From NCBI GenBank assembly GCA_040437565.1, contig JBDOQK010000070.1, positions 124,001 through 146,659 of the forward strand: 22,659 bases of DNA, read 5' to 3'. A model generated the notes under the pieces. That model saw only the letters and a program-made list of their open reading frames with translations, was not told where the DNA came from and searched no databases. This stretch comes from Albugo candida (Eukaryota). This document shows positions 1-8,373 of the stretch, piece after piece. The position numbers and the translations under genes were made by a program. The stretch's first letter is position 1. Each line of letters opens with the position of its first letter.

Positions 1-452
1 AAATCGGCTCGGTGAGCTCGGAACGAAGGTTAATTACGTTTTTGTATCAACGTCAAGAGTGTTAAACCCTTACAGTCGTCACACGCATGTGAGCTTTTAA
101 ATGTTTAATACCCATTTAGCTTCCGTCGTTCTGCTAAAAAGACGATTGTAGCCCACCTTCCTGCGCCAAAAGGATTATGTAATCAAGTTCAGTTTCGCAC
201 ATGAATCAACGCAACAGACTTGGCTGAGTTCGAGTTGCGTCAAAACACCATTTGGTGTCTCTGAAAGCAATCTCGAATTGTCCGCAATGATAATCCAGTT
301 GCGACAGTCGTGCCATTAATCCAAATGCCATGTTCTTCATGTTGACGAAGTAAATTTCCCAAAGGTTCGATCGTCATCAGAAAAAGTAATGCTGAGAGAG
401 GATCACCTTGTTTCACTCCACGTTGTGGTGTAATGGACGGTGTGATATTTCC
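1..452 (-). mobile_element. Non-LTR retrotransposon (L1/Tx1-like LINE) reverse transcriptase fragment, degenerate; cut by a gap on the right
   Basis: Minus strand reads ITPQRGVKQGDPLSALLFLMTIEPLGNLLRQ (the RT QGxPLS motif). After a frameshift it reads a decayed (F)ADD-type motif, ADNSRLL, then AKLN. Stops and frameshifts follow. Confidence 0.85.
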
Positions 453-552
453 NNNNNNNNNNNNNNNNNNNNNNNNNNNNNNNNNNNNNNNNNNNNNNNN
501 NNNNNNNNNNNNNNNNNNNNNNNNNNNNNNNNNNNNNNNNNNNNNNNNNNNN
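453..552. other. Assembly gap (100 N)
   Basis: Run of exactly 100 N. True length is unknown, so sequence on either side may not be contiguous. Confidence 0.99.
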
Positions 553-859
553 CAACGCCACTGCAATTTTGAGTTTGTTAGAGAAAAGCACAGTTGTGGT
601 CAGTGACAAACATTTTGTGCTACATTTTTGAATGTAATGTAAACGGATATTATATTAGTTGGCTGTGATCGTGAAACTTGGTTTCTTGAAAGAAAACAGC
701 GATAGGACGTGGTCGATAAATAGATTACCATATTGATGAATTCTATCAACATCCACCTTGAGTGGTGAGATTTGTTCCACGCTGATATCGTCAGGAGTCC
801 TTGTGAATCCGAATGTGAATGGTCACGCTGAAATGAACCAGCAGTATATCTTGTTGCAC

Positions 860-2090
860 CATCGTCAGGTCATAGATGTATAGTCGAAAAATCCTCCGGG
901 TTTTACAGGTAGTGATCGAAAGCTCCTCAATATTATAGAAGAGTAGTTATGCCGCCAGCCTTCAAACCACTGTGACCAACAGTTTGCTCGCACCTCGGAG
1001 CGAAACAGTGAAATGTATACATTCGCTGGTATAATCGGCAGTAACGGGGGGGGAATCCAAATCACTGACGCATGGATGATATACTGAGCCAAATGATCGT
1101 CTGTGTATATAGTAGCTCCCGTAGTTCGGGTCAAATCAGCCAAGTCTGGTGGGGTGGTTCTCCACCATAAAATTAGTGTCTCAAAAGTCGTTTGGTAGAG
1201 ATCTTTTCACCCACGTGACGTATCCATCGAGTTCCAAATCCTACGTCTTCACCAATCGTGAACAGCAAATACCCGATATATCATCTAGTGCAGGGGTCAC
1301 TTCCTTCCATGCAGTCCGGTAGCATTCCAGTCATAGTTGTGGGATGTGCTTCGTCTGCTTCAATGCTTCTGTAGGGCCTGGTACAAAACTGAATAATTTT
1401 TCGCGCATGTGTTTCATATACGTCTGAAACTGGATCAGTTTCTCAGGGTGACGTTGTTAAAGCCAGTTTTCGGGGTCGACTTCCATAAGCTCACCAACTT
1501 CACTAGCCCTTGTCAGATGCTCAAGTTGAGTACCGAATTGTTTTCGTTCGTGCTGCATGATACAGTACGACGCACCTATGACGAGGCAGTAGTAGCAGCA
1601 AAGGAACCATCTGTACCGCCTGTGCCATTCTGGAGCATCACACACGCGGTGAGAAACTTTCCATGTCATCACAGATGTGATGGCTCATTCACAATCATGC
1701 ATTTAACCAATTCTGGTGAATTTTCAGGGATTCCACGTAATCACAACCGGCCGCTGACACCCTGAGTTGTGTCGGGATTTCGACTTGAACCATTGTTTTC
1801 GAGAGGAGAGAGTTGAAAAAAGTTGTTTCTGACTTGTATGTATTAAATTGGTGGGTTATGCAGTAGCCGGAAAATCGAGAGGTCGGGCCCTTATAGCTCA
1901 GTTGAACGTGACTATGATACTAGAATTAGGCTTCTCTAATGCCTAAGCTACAATACTATTCTAAAATACATGCAAGTTTGATATATAAAAATCTACACCT
2001 AAGTTCAGAGGACTGAATAAAAGTACTACTGAGTAGAAACGCCACTCATAACCGACTTGGAATCTTTTACGTCGTCAAACTTGAATTATC
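860..2090 (-). mobile_element. Probable LTR retrotransposon 5' remnant: LTR end, PBS-like tRNA-complementary site, degenerate gag-like region
   Basis: Minus strand: AT-rich segment ending ...CACGTTCA (1903), immediately followed by ACTGAGCTATAAGGGC (1902-1887, antisense to a tRNA 5' end). An ATG at 1793 then opens a broken reading frame with gag-like stretches (DAPEWHRRYRW; QRHPEKLIQFQTYMKHMREKL). Boundaries are approximate and the gag similarity is weak. Confidence 0.4.
1887..1901 (+). repeat. Exact 15-nt copy of tRNA-Thr nucleotides 1-15 (GCCCTTATAGCTCAG)
   Basis: Identical to 7392-7406. It continues TTG (D-loop-like), but no anticodon arm or T arm follows. Confidence 0.85.
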
Positions 2091-3704
2091 CTGGGCTGAG
2101 TAGACAATTATCTCCGTGCTGAATCAGTATGTTGATATGAATCTAACACTTTTTCCAATTGCTCGAGCTGCTCCATAGCACTGGCGTTGGAATTATCAGA
2201 AAGGGGCACTCAGTGTGCTACAAATTACTGAAAGAGCAGGGGCAGTAGGTGTTAGAGTGCCTGTGTCGAACAGTCTGCATCTACAATCCGTCCAAATAAG
2301 ATGAATCGCACCGGCGACTAATGTATACCAAAGATCCTCCAGCACCACCCGAAAAGATTTCCACGCACCATGAACTGTAGGAACCCGTGCACATGCGATA
2401 TGCGACCATCGTAGTCCAACGGAAAAGAAGGTTTTTCAAGACGTAAAGAGCTCTTCACAAATTGGACTTGCCTGCTGCACGTGAGACTTTTCACATCACC
2501 ACATTGCTTCTAAGTACACAGTGTGATTTCTGGATGTTATGGTTGTGAAAACCAAAATCGTGCACGACTGCTAAGATACAAAATGATAGTCCAAACTGGA
2601 TGTAAAAATAAATTGGTAGCAAATGTCTGCGAAGACGATTAAATAAGCATGCTGGATGTTCTCATATGGTTTCATATCGACCCTCAGCCCCAGTTGAGCA
2701 AAAGCAACGCTCAACAAGTATCTTTATTCATCGTCGATGTCTGGGAATGGTGGCCGAACCAGCGCGTAGTTTTCGGATGAAATCCGCCCAAGTGTTTCGA
2801 ATACGGTCTTTGTTAAGAAATATTTTTTGCTGTGATAAATCACGGCTGGTAAGATCCCAATGACTTTGTTGAAATCAAACACATGTCTGATCCTACCATG
2901 GTGACAGTACATTCCAATTCACCATAATCATGTACCGACGTGGCAATGCCGTGAGGATATCAAGTGATAGCCAAAAATCGGACAAAATGCATCGTGTGAT
3001 CTCCATTTCATGAAGTGTCCAGGTGTTGGGTGAAGCCGTACTGGGATCAAGTATAAATTGTTGTAAAAGCTGAAATCGTTGTTTCGTCATTTGTGCTGCG
3101 ATAGTGGGAGCCTGTAATCCACCTTTTGAATGAGCTAGGTATACAAATTTCGACTTGATCAGTTGAGCGTGTGTTGAATCTCTATAATACTTCCGACTCA
3201 ACAAATCGATTGCGCATCGACTACCGGCATCGAAATAAATGTTGAGGAATGTTCAAATGAGGGTTAATATGTCAGAAATGATCAAACCATTGTTGTGCCA
3301 CCAATAATCTTTCACGAGCAGTTTTGGCTAGACAAAACCACTCCCGGAATCTACCATAAAAACAATCCTTTAATTCAATTATCAGATCACCAACGGGTGA
3401 TTGGCTGAAAGAAATTCTCAAGTATTTCACCGACTCGCTCGGTAAGAGTAATATCACTTTTGCAAACGGTTGCCATACTTGATGTCCATTTAGTGATGGC
3501 AAAGCTGACTTGGACACTTTGCACCTGAGCCATCGCGATACTCCTGGATGACCTCGAACTGTGCCTCCACTCCAATGAGCGAAGACGGTAATAATGCCGA
3601 GTCGTCCGCGAAAAACAAACTCGTTGATTTATCCGTTGGCGCGATGCGTATTTCTGGTCCTTGGTTCCCCCGCAAGAAATTTCCCAAAGTTTTATTGTCA
3701 TGAG

Positions 3705-3827
3705 GCAAACATCAGCTATAAATGCTTCTGACAACGCGATGAGGACATTGGGCGACTTTACTAGAAATCGTAGACATACGTTCGAAGGCACTGAGTTCGT
3801 TGATTTGTCTCATTGAGCAATTGCTGA
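3705..3827. other. 123-bp insertion interrupting the LINE RT, flanked by a duplicated GAG
   Basis: The other copy (1-452) reads PLSALLFLMTIE. This copy reads PLSAFFFL-[insert]-MTIK, with GAG at both 3702-3704 and 3828-3830. Confidence 0.65.
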
Positions 3828-4253
3828 GAGAAAGAAAAATGCGGAGAGTGGATCACCCTGTTTCACATCACTCTCCTCGACGGAGTGATTTTCGGTGAAA
3901 GCGTTCCAATCAACAATAGCGATATATTCGAATTGGTGTACAGAAGCTTTGTCTACTAGACGAACGAATCCCCACAATTCACTTTCGACATAACCGCAAA
4001 CATGTACGACGAATCCACTCTATTATACGCTTTGTCAAAATGGATAATCGTTTCTTATGCTTCTTCACCACGATGAGAGACCAGATCCTATAGGTCACTC
4101 ATGTATCGAATGTGATGGTGGATCGAGCATTCTCGCAGAAATGATTTTTATTTCTCGTGGACCAATTCCGAAAGCACCTGCTGACGTCGGTGCGCGATGA
4201 CCATCGACACCCCTATCACATCCACGCATATCGATGCAACAGGACAATAGTTC

Positions 4254-4651
4254 CCAGGATCGACACGGGTTCCATTTCTATAAAGCAAGGTGATTGCTGA
4301 AGTACGTTGAGAATGCAGCAACGAGCTTCGGCGAAATTGATGTCGAAAACAGTTTGCAGATATTCGCGAAACACACTCGGAGCGAGTTGGTAAAATGCTG
4401 CTNNNNNNNNNNNNNNNNNNNNNNNNNNNNNNNNNNNNNNNNNNNNNNNNNNNNNNNNNNNNNNNNNNNNNNNNNNNNNNNNNNNNNNNNNNNNNNNNNN
4501 NNCCAGGATCGACACGGGTTCCATTTCTATAAAGCAAGGTGATTGCTGAAGTACGTTGAGAATGCAGCAACGAGCTTCGGCGAAATTGATGTCGAAAACA
4601 GTTTGCAGATATTCGCGAAACACACTCGGAGCGAGTTGGTAAAATGCTGCT
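4254..4651. repeat. 149-bp exact direct duplication flanking a 100-N gap (4254-4402 = 4503-4651); likely an unmerged contig overlap
   Basis: The two segments are identical and each abuts the N-run at 4403-4502. Confidence 0.9.
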
Positions 4652-6379
4652 AGCAATCCGTCCATTCCGGGTGATGAATGTCCACCCATATGTTTAATTG
4701 CTACTAACATCTTCAGTTTCGTTAATGGATCGGACAAAATGTATTCATCTAAGCTGGTTAATGTTTTTAACGTCGATTGAATTAATGTTTGTTACTGTGT
4801 CGCACATGGAGGCACAGGAATTCCAGCTGAAGTGTGTTGATTCCCATTATACTACCCCAGTGATATGTAAATTGAAGAGTGATATCAATAGGATTCTTTG
4901 ACACTAGTCCGTTAAGAAGTATAAATTCTTCCAAGTTCTAGATGACATGTTGAGACTACTGGTTCCAAGAAGTGGTGATATGATTGCTCCATATTATTCT
5001 CTGATAGTCGAACATGGAATCTTAGTTATATTTGAACGAGCTTCTCATTCGTTTGTGATAGGAGCAAAGAGCTTCCTGGTGCATCTTTTTTCTTGATCTT
5101 GATTCGATTGTCAGATTGCTGCCGCAGCTTCCTACAAGGAAGCTTGAGCTTGCCTAACGTCAGAGTCTTCTTGGCGACGGAGCTTCTTTTGAATTTGCTA
5201 TGATAAATTCTTTATTCACTTCTTCCAACTCTCCCAGTCTTTTCCAGGATGAGAAAAAACACGAAGCATTTCCAAGATACGATTTGAATCCTCCTAAACC
5301 GCTTCTTTGATTACTAGATAGTCGGATAATGATATGGGACATTTCCAGTAAACATGACCTTGGAGTTGAGCTAGATTGGCGAACTTTAAAATATGAGCCA
5401 GATGATCACCGTGTGAGTGAGGGAGACGTAACTGGAAATTGACCGGAAAAGAGGTTCCGACAGAAGGATCTAGTCCAGCCAGTTTTTTCTTTATTGAGGG
5501 CCGGTATAGAAGTGTGCTTCGAGATGATTTTGAGGCCAAGTCATCCAGAAAAATCAAGTTGAAGCCATTCCAAACATGAGCCGACTTGGCCAGTATCTAT
5601 ATACACCACTGAAACAGTACAAACTGAGACACAACGTTGTATTCAGATCTTCACAAACGAAGTGCGTTGAGTTGTTGCAAACGATCCCGTTAAAAGTTGA
5701 TAGGTATAGGGTTTCGCTCCGTCGGATGTTGTCTAGATGGACAAGAGCTCCAAGTATCTCCAAACGTACTACCAAAGATCGGGCTTATACGAAGACATTG
5801 ATAAGAGCTTGTACGATTTCATAATCACCGTTTATTCGTGCCCGAACGGGATGAGAAAGAAGACTTCTCGAATCACTGAAAAAAATATGATTGGGGAAGA
5901 TAAGTGAAAGTGAAAAGTCTCCAGGTATTGGCGGTCGCGAAAATATAATCCTTGTACGCAACAATAGCGTATTTCGGAAGTCCTAGATTTGTCGTCAAGC
6001 CTCAAACAGTTGCATAATAGCTCGCAAGTGCGCTTGAGCATTTCCAACTGGCACTTGGCCTTTTTTGGCCTTATCCTTGCGGATCCTTCTTGCCCCGATA
6101 TCTTGGCCGTGGTCGATCTTACTGACAGGTTTAACTGGTCGCGAGATGGTTGAATATTAATCAATTTACTGAAATTGTTTCAACGTTTAAAAAAAAGGAA
6201 TATCTTCACCAGTGAAAGATAATTAATAATGGGAACCGTTAAAATCTCTGGATTGCTTTCGGTAAAACCCCCTCAATTTGATATGATTGAGTAATTTTTA
6301 TGATTGCATACTGCTAACGTAAGCCTAGGTAAGAGACAATAAGATTGAGAAAAGCTTACAAGGTAACCATCTAATCACT

Positions 6380-6760
6380 AGCCAGGCCGATTCCCATCAG
6401 CATTCGTGGCTGCATCAACCAGCACGCATGGGCAGTCAGTACGTCAAAACGGCAACTATGTCCAGTGCGTTACAAGCGGTAGCGAATCGTATACAACTGA
6501 GTCTTCGTCGCACATGAAACGCCGTTTGCTATACATCATAATCGGCGCTCCGGCAGCTGCAAGTGCTCTCCTTGAACCAGTACCTGTGCATCCGTGGGAG
6601 ACCACCTGGATCGACCCGAAGGAATCAACCATCTGCATCATCGACGCAAAGAAATTCGTCGAAATTTGAGCTCTTTGCAGCAGCCTTGGATGCACCCATG
6701 CAAAGAAGATGCTTTCGTTGCATAAAGGTAGGATACGCCGCACGAAGATGTGGAAGTGCA
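6380..6760 (+). mobile_element. Degenerate retrotransposon gag C-terminal relic with decayed CCHC zinc knuckle
   Basis: RRCFRCIKVGYAARRC (Cys-to-Cys span 6710-6751) fits C-x2-C-x4-H-x4-C with His replaced by Tyr. In other frames it is preceded by EPVPV (like the PxPM motif of Ty3/gypsy Gag) and a TMSSALQAVANRI helix. Frameshifted, with no long ORF. Confidence 0.5.
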
Positions 6761-7391
6761 ACAACAGGACTCACAGGACTCAGTTTACAGAATAGAACAT
6801 TTCTGTGTTATGCACAATCCGCGTAGTGTGAAATAGTCTAACAAGAATGATCCAACACGAACAAACGCGAACGCGAACTTAACTGAATGATTGCAAATTG
6901 AGCGCAAAATAGGTGACGTTGAAAAATAGCTTGCCGTGCTATCGTATTGTCCCTTGCCTAGGCTCACGTTAGCAATATGCAATCATAAAAGTACTCAATC
7001 ATATTGAAACTGACGGGATTTTACCAAAAGCACTCAGAGGCTTTTAACGGTCCCCATTCATGATCGGTAATAGACAACCAGGTAAAAGGAGACGGGTGGT
7101 TCTATATATTTCGAGGAAGGGTTCGGTGGGTTCCTCGCAATATCAGCCGCGGCATGGGCCAACGGTAGAGGTGGATACTCGGACGCTATTTCCAGAAGCA
7201 ACGTGTCAAATCAGGCAGATTTTGTGGGCTATGGTCACTCAAATACGTTGATGTAACGACAGGTAGGATTGAAATGTGCATAGAAATCATTGTGTTCGAC
7301 ACAGAGCGGAATTCGGGGAAAATTGGTAGTTTGTATTTAGTATTTATTCTTGGTTTTTATACTTTAACAAATCTCTCATCTCACAGAAAAA

Positions 7392-7463
7392 GCCCTTATA
7401 GCTCAGGGGTAGAGCACTCGCTTCGTAAGCGAAAGGTCGGTGGTTCGATCCCGCCTGGGGGCT
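7392..7463 (+). tRNA. tRNA-Thr (anticodon CGT)
   Basis: Cloverleaf: acceptor GCCCTTA/TGGGGGC (two G-U pairs); D arm GCTC/GAGC; anticodon arm CTCGC-TTCGTAA-GCGAA with CGT at 7424-7426; T arm GGTGG-TTCGATC-CCGCC; discriminator T. 72 nt, no encoded CCA (eukaryotic type). Confidence 0.97.
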
Positions 7464-7686
7464 GAAAGTTTATTTGTTGACCTACATTGTATGGCATGTC
7501 GACAGTTCGTTGTCGTGCGTTGGCGCCTTTACCTTACCTCAAGTCTGTATGACCTTACTAATGTCGTCATGGCTAAAGTTGTTCAAAAAATAAACAAATT
7601 GTACTTCTCTTGTCCTTGTACTTACATTCCTCACCGCTTCGCTCTCGTAGTAGATGACCAGAGACATACTAAAGTACGAATGCTGT

Positions 7687-8334
7687 TCATTCCTGTCGAT
7701 CTAGCTGTACTTGGATCGCATCCAGTTGATCCAGAAAGTGGTAAATTGAGCTATGGCTCATTTCGAGTTCCAGCACATCATACTATAACAATCCAAGTGA
7801 GAAATTCTGTGAAAAGACAATTCAGCGCATACCTTCTGATTGTGGCTATTCTCGGACGTTATTTGCAAAAAAGCAACCGGTGTGATCTGGTTAGAGCACC
7901 ATTTATTGCCGACCTCGACGCGCGTTAACCACTCGCTGTTGCTGACAATATCCGTTCGTCTTAGAGTATCTTCGTTGCATAACAAATGCCTTCCATCTTT
8001 CCAAATTTGCTCCAGAATGTCGATTGTTGAAGAACTGAGCTGGAAAAGTTCTCGAATGGTTTCAAGAGAAGGCACATTGAATACGGTCAAAAACTTCAAA
8101 ACATCCAAACTCTCCGAGTATAACAGTTTGACGTGACCATCAGTCACATTGAGATCTCGATGTAGTTGTAGTGCTTCTACTTCTGTGATAACTTCGCTCT
8201 GCGTAATCACATGAGTTAGAAATGAATTCAAATCGCTCTCTTACACAAACATTCGCAGCCAATTTATTTAACGTAAACATTAGAATTCGATGCAGCTTAT
8301 CGTCCGCTATGCCATTTAATAAAGACATCGGCAT
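7687..8334 (-). CDS. COMMD10: COMM domain-containing protein, COMMD10-like (Commander/CCC complex); 3 exons, about 183 aa
   Basis: Exons 8334-8245, 8198-7833 and 7782-7687 are joined by phase-0 GT-AG introns of 46 nt (GTAAGA..CTAAC..CAG) and 50 nt (GTATGC..TAG). The spliced product runs MPMSLLNGIADDKLHRIL...SEWLTRVEVG...PVAFLQI...LELEMSHSSIYHFLDQLDAIQVQLD, matching the COMM-domain W..., P.A.LQ, E.SH..L..F..L..IQ.QLD pattern of COMMD10. Confidence 0.8.
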
Positions 8335-8373
8335 GATGTCACGCGAATGTGGGCGCAGCTAATATAAAAGTGT

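Larger units (their letters stand above)
2108..6030 (-). mobile_element. Degenerate L1/Tx1-clade LINE ORF2 (AP endonuclease + reverse transcriptase + C-terminal region), pseudogenised
   Basis: Motifs occur in the expected order on the minus strand across many frameshifts and stops. APE: CVQ, HFVCEDLNTTL (GDFN-like), SHGDHL, YWK. RT: SSPGMDGLLAAFYQ, ITLLYRNGTRVDPGNYCPV, FDKAYNRVD, VKQGDPLS, FFADDS, VKYL, SKGGLQAP. C-terminal HLIWTD-like segment, with the last frame ending near 2108. Confidence 0.9.

Noticed and set aside
1850-1870. GGTTATG resembling a Copia half-tRNA-Met PBS
   Set aside because: Only 7 nt match, and it is not preceded by an LTR-terminal CA.
4254-4651. Perfect 149-bp direct repeat inside the LINE (could look like an LTR or internal duplication)
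   Set aside because: Both copies abut a 100-N gap and are identical, which is the pattern of unmerged overlapping contig ends.
6229-6517. Apparent spliced plus-strand gene (ATG 6229, GT..CTAAC..TAG intron)
   Set aside because: It yields only a short peptide with no recognisable host-protein similarity and overlaps the gag-like relic.
7440-7928. 162-aa plus-strand ORF
   Set aside because: It starts within the tRNA gene at a non-ATG codon and overlaps COMMD10 antisense; no motifs.
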